Below the pieces are notes generated by a model. It did not search any database, was not told the DNA's origin, and saw only the letters and a program-made list of their open reading frames with translations. The translations under genes and the position numbers were made by a program. A stretch of 64,000 bases of DNA from Spirosomataceae bacterium (GTDB lineage: Bacteria; Bacteroidota; Bacteroidia; Cytophagales; Spirosomataceae): the NCBI GenBank assembly GCA_046295175.1, contig JBKBNY010000004.1:35765-99764 (forward strand), read 5' to 3'. This document shows positions 39,701 through 48,766 of this stretch, one piece after another (position 1 is the first letter of the stretch; each line of letters starts with the position of its first letter).

Positions 39701-40410
39701 TCCTTAGCTTTTGGAGTTGACATTTTTTCGTTGGTATTGACACAAAGTAAAATATCGTGAGCAACCCAATCGTCACGGTCAACGTAGTGAGAATCGTTCG
39801 AAGCGATGATTTTAACATTATACTTACGGGCCAATTTGACCAAAATCTCGTTTACTTTGATTTGGTCAGGAATATCGTGGCGTTGCAATTCTACGTAATA
39901 ATCATCTCCGAATCTATCGAGCCACCACTGAAACTCTTTTTCGCCTTCTTCTTCACCTTTTTTCAGAATTGTTTTTGGTACAACCGCACCGATACAACAA
40001 GTAGTAGCTATTAAGCCTTCTTTATATTTTTCGATAAGTGCCTTGGTAATTCGAGGATATTTACCATAAAGACCCTCAATGTAACCCAAAGAACATAGTT
40101 TCACTAAGTTTTTATAGCCTTGTGGATTTTTGGCAAGAAGTAATTGGTGATAACGAATATCTTTTTGCTCCTTTGAAAACTGCTTTCTTGTGTGGTCTTC
40201 TACAACATAAAACTCACAGCCCACAATGGGTTTTACACCGTATTTTGCCGATGCCGCCACAAACTCAAATACCCCAAACATATTACCGTGGTCGGTAATT
40301 GCGACGGCGGGCATATTATCGGCTTGGGCTTTTTTAAAAAGCTTGTTGATGTCTGACTGACCGTCAAGGAGTGAAAACTGGGTATGATTATGTAAATGGG
40401 AGAATTGCAT
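36790..40410 (-). CDS. dnaE: DNA polymerase III alpha subunit
   Basis: PHP-domain start MQFSHLHNHTQFSLLDG. The track ORF extends 16 codons further to 40458 and would then overlap the upstream gene. Long DnaE-typical motifs run throughout. Confidence 0.95.
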   Translation of the reverse strand: MQFSHLHNHTQFSLLDGQSDINKLFKKAQADNMPAVAITDHGNMFGVFEFVAASAKYGVKPIVGCEFYVVEDHTRKQFSKEQKDIRYHQLLLAKNPQGYKNLVKLCSLGYIEGLYGKYPRITKALIEKYKEGLIATTCCIGAVVPKTILKKGEEEGEKEFQWWLDRFGDDYYVELQRHDIPDQIKVNEILVKLARKYNVKIIASNDSHYVDRDDWVAHDILLCVNTNEKMSTPKAKEFNDEEGSPKDTRFAFYNDQFYFKNTAEMTQLFSDLPESIDNTNEIVDKVETLKLKRDILLPNFPIPQEFKLHDDDVLNQWEYLKHLTYEGAKKRYSEITVEIQERLDFELFTIKTMGFAGYFLIVSDFIKAGRDLGVMVGPGRGSAAGSAVAYCIGITNIDPIKYSLLFERFLNPDRKSMPDIDTDFDDEGRQKVIDYVVEKYGKQQVAQIVTYGTMATKSSIKDVARVMEYPLADTNAIAKLVPDRPAYGMDFEKMIHRPLTGEKSLTELGLSPDEIENVKKIRELYNGKDLASKVLHEAEKLEGNIRNTGIHAAGIIIAPDDLTTILPVATAKDSDLLVTQYEGKIIEDAGVIKMDFLGLRNLTIIKDCLRMIKENYGTNIDDIPLDDKGEFDIDSIPLDDKLTYELLQRGETNAVFQFESDGMKKYMKDLKPDRLDDLIAMNALYRPGPIAYIPNFINRKHGREEITYDLPDMEEFLSETYGITVYQEQVMLLSQKLAGFSKGDADVLRKAMGKKDRKTLDKLKPQFIEGAKAKGHPEKTLEKIWTDWEAFASYAFNKSHSTCYAFVAYQTAYLKAHYPGEYMSAVLTSQLGNIEKITFFLEECKALGIPVLGPDVNESIKKFGVNKKGEIRFGLGGIKGTGDAAIDNIIEERTKNGPFKDIFDFITRVNLRTVNKKSLESMAYAGAFDCFEDIHRAIYFDEADGSSFIEKLIRYANKYHENASAGQNSLFGALGGGSGFDIARPKIPVVEPWGDIQKLKFEKEVVGFYISGHPLDEFRMEMSRCVPLDQIMEPQNHHKEFAIGGVVSSVQIRQSKNGNPFAIFKIEDYTSATEMALFGQDYVNFSKFLQVGLFLFIRGKLQGRWGRQDELEFKPLQMELLSEIRNKLFKEIKISLGIQSINAELVNQINDITDRYPGTFDFKLKVIDPSENIDVQLLMRKGKVALSNDLAKELKELIGNDNVVFA

Positions 40411-40441
40411 AATGATTTTATAAACTATTGATGAAACTAAA

Positions 40442-41278
40442 TTACTGGATTCGGGCAACGATGATTCCCGAATGTTTTTTAATTCGATTTAGGTAATCAG
40501 CTAATGGTTCATCTGAAATAACAACCTTTTTTTGTTCGAGAGACGCGTGTAACAAATGAATTCGTCCGTTTTTCTTAATTGCAAATCCTTCGTGATTACA
40601 ATCTAAACCACTTACATTTGAGGTTATGGCAATAATATCGCCTTCTTGAATTTTTGATTCAACCTTAACAACATTAGCCTTCGGAATATAAAAAAACTTG
40701 TGTTTATTCAATTTTGATTCGGCTCGCCCAATCTCAGCATAGACTTTATTATCAATCAATTTCGGATAAGCCGTACGGTGGTTGTACATATAATTGATTT
40801 CTTTGTCCAATGGTTCGCCTCCAATCTCCTTCGTGACATCTTTTATCAAACCATTATTTTCAGCCTGCAAGAGCCATTCGATAAAATAATGTAATCTCGA
40901 ACCATAACCATTCACTTCGCCATTTCGATAACGCAATTTTGTTAAATGCTCATTGTAGCTTTCATAGTCTGGTTTGTTTGAGTACTTAGTCAATGCGAGG
41001 GCAAAAGAAGATTCGACGAATGTCCAACAATCAAAATCTCTAAGGTTACAAACGAGCTGTTCGGATTGATTGACCTCTAAAGTACCCGCCTTGTAAGGTT
41101 TATCTAAAAAACTTTTGGCAAAATTTAAAGTTGTTTTGGCTTTAGATTCGGCATTGGGTTGCTTCATTTTTTGGATAAATACAATTTCATCTGCAGATTG
41201 TGCAAATGTTTCCAATTGAAGCAAAGCGAAGCAAATCAGACTAATAAGAAGGCAGTAATACTTTTTGGACATCATCAA
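40442..41278 (-). CDS. DUF1460 (N-acetylmuramoyl-L-alanine amidase-like) secreted protein
   Basis: 278 aa with a signal peptide. The FDCWTFVESSFALAL motif is as I recall for DUF1460. Confidence 0.5.
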   Translation of the reverse strand: MMMSKKYYCLLISLICFALLQLETFAQSADEIVFIQKMKQPNAESKAKTTLNFAKSFLDKPYKAGTLEVNQSEQLVCNLRDFDCWTFVESSFALALTKYSNKPDYESYNEHLTKLRYRNGEVNGYGSRLHYFIEWLLQAENNGLIKDVTKEIGGEPLDKEINYMYNHRTAYPKLIDNKVYAEIGRAESKLNKHKFFYIPKANVVKVESKIQEGDIIAITSNVSGLDCNHEGFAIKKNGRIHLLHASLEQKKVVISDEPLADYLNRIKKHSGIIVARIQ

Positions 41279-41306
41279 TTAATGATTATTTTTTGGTTTC
41301 TGAATA

Positions 41307-41314
41307 CAAATTTA
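41307..41314 (-). promoter_or_regulatory. -7 promoter box (TAAATTTG on the minus strand)
   Basis: The reverse complement of CAAATTTA matches TAnnTTTG, 29 nt upstream of the ATG at 41278. Confidence 0.4.
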
Positions 41315-41451
41315 CATTAAAACGTCAAAGAAACGTGGCATCGGTATCTTCAATCTAAATATATTTATCAACAAATTTCTCGAATTTGCATTTGCCAAAC
41401 TTAAATAACATAACTACTTTTATAAACTGATAAACTAATCTATCCAAAACT

Positions 41452-42852
41452 ATGGCTAACTTTCTAAAAAGAAGAAACTTCATCAAATCATCTGCATTTT
41501 TGGGTTCATTGTTGGGTTTTCCAGCAATTGCCAGTGCTAAATCTACCATCGAAGAAAAAATCGAAAACGCTCCCTTATCTTTATCGAAAGGAGGAAAATC
41601 AGTTATCGGACTTAAAGTTGCCCCGATTCCGCAAGTGAGAGTTGCATTTATCGGTGTTGGTAACCGTGGCAGTGGACACGTTCGATTGGTTCATGCTTGC
41701 GGAAACAAAGCTAAAATCGTTGCGATTTGTGATGTTCAAGAACGCTACACCAAACGTAGCAAAGATTGGCTCGAAGGAAAAGGTGTGACAGATGTAAAAT
41801 ATTACTCGGGTAATTTAGAGGCATGGAAAGAGATGTGCCGCCGTGATGATATAGATTTAGTAATTATCTCAACTCCTTGGGAAGACCACGTTCCGATGTC
41901 GGTTTATGCGATGGAACAAGGCAAGCACGTTGCGGTTGAAGTTCCTGCTGCTTACACTGTTGAAGATTGTTGGAAATTGGTTAATACCGCCGAAAAAACA
42001 CAGCGAAACTGCATAATGATGGAAAACGTTTGCTACGGCGACGAAGAGCTTTGGCTCTTGAATATGGCTCATCAAGGCGTTTTCGGGACATTAACTTATG
42101 CAGAATGTGGTTACGTTCACGATTTGAGAGAATTACTTTTTAGTAAGACAGAGTACTACAATATGTGGAGAATCCGACATAATATGCAGCGAGATGGTAA
42201 CCTATACCCTACTCATGGACTCGGGCCAGTAGCTCAATACATGGATATTGACCGTGGCGATAGATTCAATCATTTGGTTTCGATGAGTAGTATGGAGGCG
42301 AGCCTGAGTGAAGATTCTAATTCGATGACTGATGAAACAAACGAGTTTCACGGCAAAACTGGTTTTAAGCACGGCGATATGAACAATACGCTTATAAAAA
42401 CAGCAAAAGGTCGAACAATTTTGCTTCAGCACGATGTTGTGACGGCTCGTCCATACAGCCGTATAAATATGTTGGCAGGTACGAAGGCTTTTCACAAAGG
42501 GTATCCAAGTCAGTTTACGATGAAGGGTAAAAACAGCCACTCTTTCATGAAAAAAGATGAATATGATGCACTTCGTGAAAAATACAAACACCCGATTTGG
42601 GCAAAAATGAAAGAAGAAATTGAGAAAAATGGTGGTCATGGGGGTATGGACTTTGTGATGATTTATCGTTTGATTGATTGTTTTAACCGTGGTGAGGCCT
42701 TAGATATGGATGTTTATGATGCTGCATCTTGGTCGGTAGTGACTCCTCTAAGTGAATTATCAATTAAAGGTGGAAATAAACCAGTTAAATTCCCAGATTT
42801 TACGGGTGGAAGATGGCAAGAGTCAAGAACTTTGGGAATGCTTCAAATGTAG
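41452..42852 (+). CDS. Gfo/Idh/MocA-fold NAD-dependent glycosidase, GH109-like (alpha-N-acetylgalactosaminidase family), Tat-exported
   Basis: 466 aa with a twin-arginine signal (LKRRNFIKSSAFLG..ASA), a Rossmann VAFIGVGNRGSGH and the GH109-like length. Confidence 0.75.
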   Translation: MANFLKRRNFIKSSAFLGSLLGFPAIASAKSTIEEKIENAPLSLSKGGKSVIGLKVAPIPQVRVAFIGVGNRGSGHVRLVHACGNKAKIVAICDVQERYTKRSKDWLEGKGVTDVKYYSGNLEAWKEMCRRDDIDLVIISTPWEDHVPMSVYAMEQGKHVAVEVPAAYTVEDCWKLVNTAEKTQRNCIMMENVCYGDEELWLLNMAHQGVFGTLTYAECGYVHDLRELLFSKTEYYNMWRIRHNMQRDGNLYPTHGLGPVAQYMDIDRGDRFNHLVSMSSMEASLSEDSNSMTDETNEFHGKTGFKHGDMNNTLIKTAKGRTILLQHDVVTARPYSRINMLAGTKAFHKGYPSQFTMKGKNSHSFMKKDEYDALREKYKHPIWAKMKEEIEKNGGHGGMDFVMIYRLIDCFNRGEALDMDVYDAASWSVVTPLSELSIKGGNKPVKFPDFTGGRWQESRTLGMLQM

Positions 42853-42929
42853 AACGAGTTTTTAGCTCTTACTGAAATTATAATATTTCAACTTAAAAGT
42901 ACGGATAAACAATCCCGTACTACATTAAA

Positions 42930-43625
42930 ATGAAAAAATTAGTTGTATTAACAGGTGCGGGAATCAGTGCCGAGAGCGGAATTTTGACCTTTCGAGATAC
43001 TGGCGGACTTTGGGAAAACCACAGTATTGAAGATGTGGCAACGCCCGAAGGATGGCGAAAGAATCCGCAGTTAGTGCTTGATTTTTATAACGAACGCCGC
43101 AAAAAATCATTTGAGGTTCAGCCAAATGCTGGTCATTATGGATTAGCCGAGTTAGAGAAATATTTTGAGGTTCATATCATTACCCAAAACGTTGATAATC
43201 TGCATGAAAGAGCGGGTTCGACCAATATTTTGCATTTGCACGGTGAACTATCTAAAGTAAGAAGTAGCAAAGACGAAAACTATATTATTGACATTGGCGA
43301 TAAATCAATTCAACTTGGTGATTTAGCACCCGATGGTTCACAACTGAGACCTCACATCGTTTGGTTTGGCGAAATGGTGCCGATGATTGAACCTGCCGCC
43401 GAACTATGTATGGAAGCCGATATTTTTGTGATTGTTGGAACATCCATGCAGGTTTATCCAGCCGCAGGGCTAATTCAATATGTACCAATGAATTCACCAA
43501 AATTTGTAGTTGACCCAAATAAACCAGAAATTGGGAATTCGTATCGGAATCTAACTTTTATTCAAGAAAAGGCAACTACTGGGGTGGCAAAATTGAATGA
43601 GATTTTACTGAAAGAATATCTCTGA
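42930..43625 (+). CDS. cobB: NAD-dependent protein deacylase (sirtuin, CobB-like)
   Basis: 231 aa with GAGISAESGI.TFR, QNVDNLHERAG, LHG and IVGTS. Confidence 0.85.
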   Translation: MKKLVVLTGAGISAESGILTFRDTGGLWENHSIEDVATPEGWRKNPQLVLDFYNERRKKSFEVQPNAGHYGLAELEKYFEVHIITQNVDNLHERAGSTNILHLHGELSKVRSSKDENYIIDIGDKSIQLGDLAPDGSQLRPHIVWFGEMVPMIEPAAELCMEADIFVIVGTSMQVYPAAGLIQYVPMNSPKFVVDPNKPEIGNSYRNLTFIQEKATTGVAKLNEILLKEYL

Positions 43626-43664
43626 ATTACCAAATTACCGATTAACTTAGTTTCCGATATTTAG

Positions 43665-43694
43665 CAAAAAAGCCTCATTCGAGGCTTTTTTGCT
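43665..43694. terminator. Bidirectional terminator between convergent genes
   Basis: GCAAAAAAGCCTC pairs with GAGGCTTTTTTGC across loop ATTC. Confidence 0.7.
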
Positions 43695-45246
43695 ATCTTT
43701 TCATCATCTTTCTAACCTGTTGAACTTCTCTATTTTGCAATCTTGCGTAGTACAATCCAGATGGTAATCCACTCGTATCGAGATAAACATCATGCCTACC
43801 AGCCGCAAAATCATTATCTACAGGAGTTCCAATAATTCTTCCCATATTATCAAAAAGTTGAATCATGGTATGTCCACCATTTGACTCAAAACTAATATTG
43901 GTATATGTATCAAAAGGATTTGGATAATTTGTAATTAAATCTCTCTCAGTTGGCTCTTCGGTCGAGGTAATCTTACCACAAGCTGCCCCTTGAATTAAAG
44001 GTAATTGCTGAAAATTATTACCCAAAACCGTTTTGAGATTGGCCGAATCCATACAAAACCAATTTTCGAGGATTGATGCGTAAACCGACCTAAAATCATA
44101 CTGCATCGGAATATTATCATTTACCGATGGATTTGATGGAATATCAGGCGTTTTACCCAAAATCAATGGTTGAACCATATCGCCAAACAAAAACATCGGT
44201 GCAGATGAGCCGTGGTCAGTACCCATACTTGCATTAGACTTAATACGTCGTCCAAACTCCGAATAAGTAAAACCAATAACATTTTTAGAAACCCCAAGCC
44301 CTTTCAAATCATCCATAAATGCCTTGATTGCATCCGAAACACGCCCTAATAGGGTGGCATGTGTGCCAGTAACAAAATCGGTATTTACTTGATTAGAATG
44401 GGTATCGAAACCACCGATACTTACCATGTAAACTTTGGTTTTTAAGCCCCCTCCTATCAATCTTGCGACAATCTTGAGTTGGTCAGCTAATGAATTATTA
44501 GTAGGGTATGTTCCTTGGGTTTTGATTTTATCGGCTGCTGTTTTGATTGTTGTTGCGTATTTATTGGTAGAATCGGCAACGGTTCTTAAAAATCGTAATT
44601 CTTTACCAGCAAGCGTATTTGGTACAACATCAGACTTACCCGTAACTAAATTATAAAAACTGGTTGGATTTGTAATGGCCATCCCCATTGATTGAACTGG
44701 CCCTTGTAAAGCAGTTGAAACAACCGAACCTATCTGAATGGCAAGAGGGTCGGGTGTTTGCGAATTTGGATAGCCCGTTGGAAAATTTGGGTGATTAAAA
44801 CTCAAATATCGGCCAGCCCATCCCGAATTTATCATTACGTTCGAATCCGAAGCTGAATTCCAGATGTCGGTTGCTCTGAAATGAGAAAAGTTTGGATTTG
44901 GATAACCCACACTCTGAATCAAAGCGGCTTTACCTTCATTAAATAATTTTTGAAGCCCGGTCATTGCTGGATTTAAACCGAGGGTTTCGTTATCAAGAAT
45001 TTTCAGAAGTCTTTCTTGCGGGATGGCAATATTTGTGCGAGCATTTTTGTAAAGTGCATATTTATCAATGGGAATAACAGTATTTAGTCCGTCGTTTCCA
45101 CCGTTGAGCTGCACAATCACAAGTACATTTTCGTCACCTGCAGTTTCTTCGGTAACACTTCCAAATGCTTTAAATGCTAATCCATTTAATAAAGCGGGCA
45201 TAACAACACCCGACAACGAATTTTGAATAAAATCTCTACGTTTCAT
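43693..45246 (-). CDS. DUF1501 (sulfatase/phosphatase-fold) protein with a Tat signal and a T9SS C-terminal sorting domain
   Basis: 517 aa with MKRRDFIQNS.. (twin-arginine) and a DUF1501-like core (GGFDTHSNQ, GTDHG). The C-terminal ~80 aa (YPNPFDTYTNISF..LPSGLYYARLQ) look like a type-A Por/T9SS CTD. Confidence 0.75.
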   Translation of the reverse strand: MKRRDFIQNSLSGVVMPALLNGLAFKAFGSVTEETAGDENVLVIVQLNGGNDGLNTVIPIDKYALYKNARTNIAIPQERLLKILDNETLGLNPAMTGLQKLFNEGKAALIQSVGYPNPNFSHFRATDIWNSASDSNVMINSGWAGRYLSFNHPNFPTGYPNSQTPDPLAIQIGSVVSTALQGPVQSMGMAITNPTSFYNLVTGKSDVVPNTLAGKELRFLRTVADSTNKYATTIKTAADKIKTQGTYPTNNSLADQLKIVARLIGGGLKTKVYMVSIGGFDTHSNQVNTDFVTGTHATLLGRVSDAIKAFMDDLKGLGVSKNVIGFTYSEFGRRIKSNASMGTDHGSSAPMFLFGDMVQPLILGKTPDIPSNPSVNDNIPMQYDFRSVYASILENWFCMDSANLKTVLGNNFQQLPLIQGAACGKITSTEEPTERDLITNYPNPFDTYTNISFESNGGHTMIQLFDNMGRIIGTPVDNDFAAGRHDVYLDTSGLPSGLYYARLQNREVQQVRKMMKR

Positions 45247-45264
45247 TGGTTTTTAGGGTTTTGT

Positions 45265-46893
45265 TTATGCTAACTGATATTCTGGAAGTGATACAAAGTA
45301 TCGGTAAAGGTTTTTTAAACGAGTTAATACCATATTTCGGGCATTGGTATCATTAGGTTTGGCCAAGAATGCCTCCCATATTTCGGTCCAATAGTAATCC
45401 GAAGACTGACCACTCAATAAAATATCTTTTTTTACTTGGTTAATTGTTTCAGCAGCCAAAGGAATCCGATAGAGAATTTCAAGCGATTGCTCAATCAAGA
45501 GATTAGGGTCTTCGGGGTTTTTAAGGCCTCTGGCAAATGCAATCAAATCGGCATTAATCTTTTGTTGATTACGTGTGTAGCCGTTATTCAAGACCGTATC
45601 CGAAAACTGGTTTCGCTTCGGAAAAGTATCAGAATTAACCCAAAGTTCATAAAAACCCGGTTCTTGATAATAGGCACTCCAACCTGCAACATTGGGAGGG
45701 TCACCGAGATTTTGCTGCATATTTGTACCTTGATTGAGCATATCACCGCACAAATTGTACAAATCTACCACAAAGTTTTTTTCGGATGGTAGGGTGATAT
45801 TAAACTCTCTGATATTACCAATAATTAAATCTAAAGGACTTTTGATGGATGCACCAAAGTATATAGAATCATTGAAATGTTCGCTTTTAAACAATGCCGA
45901 TAAAACTGGCTTAATTTCAAATTTATTATCTCTAAAGATTTTTGCCAGTGGGGCAATAACGTTTTGCTCAACCGATGAATCAATCGCATAATAAACAAAA
46001 AATGTATAAATTCGGCGGACAATATATTTACTAACCTCTTCAACCGCAAAAATCATATTCAACAGTTCATCGAGTTCAAGTTCGCCAGCGTTTGCACCTT
46101 GCATGCCTTTGACAACTTTATTCCCATAAAATGCCGAAAACTGTTTGTCAGTAGTGTCGTGTCTGGTTATATCAAAAAAAGAAAAATTTAACCCAGAATT
46201 ATCTCGATTGTTACGAAAACCCGTTAAAACTCTCGCTGCTGCTTTTACGTCTCCTTCGGTATATTTAGAATCTGGCCCTTTACCTATACAAAATAATTCT
46301 TGAAGCTCACGTGCGTAATTCTCATCAGGTGCGGTCTTGGTGTTGCGTTCACCATTCAAATACCTAAGCATCGCAGGGTCGACGGTGATTTCACGAACAA
46401 ATGTTTTGAAGTTTCCGAGAGCATTTTTTCGGAGTGTCATGTGATGCTTGTACATAAAACGTGCATCATCTACGTCGGCAGTTTCGCTAGCAAAATGATT
46501 ATGCCAGAACAAAATCATTTTTTCGTGAATGCTTCTCTGCTGGTTTGCCAATTGTTGTATCCACCAACGTTTATATGAGTTTCGGCGAAGAGAATTCACT
46601 GTACCATCGCCATAAATTGCATTTATCCAAGTTTCGCCCAATTTTATGCCTTGAGGGTCTTGGTAGGTGGCAGTTTCATAATAATTCAATGGAGGCGACG
46701 GGTCGGCTTGTGGCTTGAGCAATTCATCGACGGTTTCTGATAGTGTTTTTCTTAAAAAATAATCAATATCAGACTGTTTAGCCCCAAACATGGTTCGTTT
46801 GAGTAGATGAATCACTTGAGTTCTTGTCCAAGCCCCTTTGTACTCAGAAATCCCTTTTGTAGAAACGGTAGTTTTGGTAGTGCTGTAACTCAT
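45265..46893 (-). CDS. DUF1800 family protein
   Basis: 542 aa with LHRTMFGA-like HLLKRTMFGA, MILFWHNHFA and LRYLNGERN motifs. It lies directly upstream of its usual DUF1501 partner. Confidence 0.7.
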   Translation of the reverse strand: MSYSTTKTTVSTKGISEYKGAWTRTQVIHLLKRTMFGAKQSDIDYFLRKTLSETVDELLKPQADPSPPLNYYETATYQDPQGIKLGETWINAIYGDGTVNSLRRNSYKRWWIQQLANQQRSIHEKMILFWHNHFASETADVDDARFMYKHHMTLRKNALGNFKTFVREITVDPAMLRYLNGERNTKTAPDENYARELQELFCIGKGPDSKYTEGDVKAAARVLTGFRNNRDNSGLNFSFFDITRHDTTDKQFSAFYGNKVVKGMQGANAGELELDELLNMIFAVEEVSKYIVRRIYTFFVYYAIDSSVEQNVIAPLAKIFRDNKFEIKPVLSALFKSEHFNDSIYFGASIKSPLDLIIGNIREFNITLPSEKNFVVDLYNLCGDMLNQGTNMQQNLGDPPNVAGWSAYYQEPGFYELWVNSDTFPKRNQFSDTVLNNGYTRNQQKINADLIAFARGLKNPEDPNLLIEQSLEILYRIPLAAETINQVKKDILLSGQSSDYYWTEIWEAFLAKPNDTNARNMVLTRLKNLYRYFVSLPEYQLA

Positions 46894-46958
46894 ATAACGT
46901 AGGGTTTGAAAATCAAGATTTTAGACCGATTTTTGATAAAAAAGTTTAATTCAAAAAA

Positions 46959-47648
46959 TCATAAATCAAACTTTTCTTCAGTCTCATCAAAGAAAATGTA
47001 ATTGCAATAATCGAGATAAGGCTTCAAAAGTTTACAAGCCTTCACGAATTCGTTAACAAAATCGGGTGAAATGACCTCGGCATCAGTATATCGATGCATA
47101 AAAAATAATTGTTTATATCTTAACAATTCTATTTCAGGATGGTCTGTTTTATAGCCTTTTGGAGCTCCTTTGACACGTTCGCCCCAAATTTCTTTGTAAT
47201 ATTCTCTAAAAATTGGCTCGTGAATGATACTTTTCAATTCCGTTGGATTGTAATCAATCTCTTGACGAAACTTGGCTAATTGAGCAGGTGTTGGTTGCCA
47301 AATACCACCACCAATAAATGACTCACCGTCTGGTTGAATGTGTAAATAAAAATCAATTCTACCGGATTGTCTTCCGCCCGGCCCAAAAGCTGCGGCTAAA
47401 TTTAATTTGTATGGAGATTTATCTTTTGAAAACCTGATGTCTTTGTTTATTCTAAATATACAATCTTTTACCCTTGTATTCAGTAGATTATCCTGAAATT
47501 TTGAAAGACTATCTAAAATTGCTTGGCAAAATTTTTCGAATCTCTCTTTTTCGGTTTCGTAACGTTTTCTATTGGCATGAAACCACTCTTTATTGTTATT
47601 TTCTTTTAAGTCACTCAGAAAATCAAGGGTACTTTGGTCTAATTGCAT
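46959..47648 (-). CDS. DUF2461 (TIGR02453) family protein
   Basis: The family-typical start MQLDQSTLDFLSDLKENNNKEWF falls at the internal ATG (47648). The track ORF extends to 47699. Confidence 0.7.
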   Translation of the reverse strand: MQLDQSTLDFLSDLKENNNKEWFHANRKRYETEKERFEKFCQAILDSLSKFQDNLLNTRVKDCIFRINKDIRFSKDKSPYKLNLAAAFGPGGRQSGRIDFYLHIQPDGESFIGGGIWQPTPAQLAKFRQEIDYNPTELKSIIHEPIFREYYKEIWGERVKGAPKGYKTDHPEIELLRYKQLFFMHRYTDAEVISPDFVNEFVKACKLLKPYLDYCNYIFFDETEEKFDL

Positions 47649-47758
47649 AAATGATTTTATTTTCTGCACCAATTTCTTCAATTTTGCAGAATAAATCAAA
47701 AAGATACGATTATTTGTAAGGTCGATTAAATAAATTCATTTAGAATATAACATTTCAA

Positions 47759-48766
47759 ATGGCAAGAATACTAACTGGAATACAAGCAAGCGGAAGACCA
47801 CACCTCGGAAACATCCTTGGGGCAATAAAACCTGCGGTTGAACTTTCACAAAATCCCGATAATGAATCATTTTTATTCATCGCAGATTTACATTCGATGA
47901 CAACCATCAAAGATGCCAATGTAATGCGTGAAAACACACGGGCGGTAGCATCGGCATGGTTGGCTTTTGGATTCGATACTGATAAAAACTTTTTCTACCG
48001 ACAATCTCGTTTAGCTGGATTACATACCGAGCTTATGTGGTATTTGAGCGTACTTACGCCGTTCCCAATGCTTGCAAATGCTCATTCATTCAAAGATAAA
48101 GCCGATAGACTTTCGGATGTCAATGCTGGGTTGTTCACTTATCCTGTTTTACAAGCTGCTGATATTATTTTGTATCAGGCCGATTTTGTACCAGTGGGCA
48201 AAGACCAAAAACAACACCTCGAAATGTCGAAAGATATAGCTGCAGCTTTTAACCGAACTTACGGCGAAGTTTTTGTTTTGCCTGAGCCTTTGATTGACGA
48301 AAACGTAATGACTATACCGGGTACAGATGGCTCGAAAATGAGTAAATCTTACAATAATTACATTGATATTTTCTTACCAGAAAAACTATTATTGAAATCG
48401 GTAAAATCTATCATTTCGGATAGTACCCCACTTGAAGAGCCAAAAAATCCTGATAACGATGTAACATTTAAGATTTACTCATTGGTTGCATCTGATAGTG
48501 AAGTTGAAGAAATGCGTCAGCGATACCTTAATGGTGGCTATGGTTACGGACATGCCAAACAAGCTCTTTTTGAAAAATTGTGGAATGGTTTTGCTAAAGA
48601 ACGTGAGATTTTTAATTATTATATGGAAAACAACGACGAATTAGAAAGAAAACTAAGACAAGGCGAAGAAAAAGCAAAGAGGATTGCATTAAAGAGCCTC
48701 TTAAAAGCAAGAGAAGTTTTGGGATTCAAAAAAAAACAGCTAAATGCTAGTCGTCCTATTCAATGA
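47759..48766 (+). CDS. trpS: Tryptophan--tRNA ligase
   Basis: 335 aa with GRPHLGN (HIGH-like), KMSKS, and the size and order typical of TrpRS. Confidence 0.9.
   Translation: MARILTGIQASGRPHLGNILGAIKPAVELSQNPDNESFLFIADLHSMTTIKDANVMRENTRAVASAWLAFGFDTDKNFFYRQSRLAGLHTELMWYLSVLTPFPMLANAHSFKDKADRLSDVNAGLFTYPVLQAADIILYQADFVPVGKDQKQHLEMSKDIAAAFNRTYGEVFVLPEPLIDENVMTIPGTDGSKMSKSYNNYIDIFLPEKLLLKSVKSIISDSTPLEEPKNPDNDVTFKIYSLVASDSEVEEMRQRYLNGGYGYGHAKQALFEKLWNGFAKEREIFNYYMENNDELERKLRQGEEKAKRIALKSLLKAREVLGFKKKQLNASRPIQ

Noticed and set aside
37077-40014. Eleven short ORFs on both strands inside dnaE
   Set aside because: They are shadow ORFs within the 1206-aa DnaE frame.
41355-41549. 64-aa minus-strand ORF overlapping the GH109 start
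   Set aside because: It overlaps the Tat signal-coding region of a supported gene and shows no features.
42930-43625. SIR2 protein as an anti-phage defence (Thoeris/DSR/SIR2-HerA-type) effector
   Set aside because: Its size (231 aa) and motifs are those of a housekeeping CobB-type deacylase. No partner genes (ThsB/TIR, HerA, pAgo) are adjacent.
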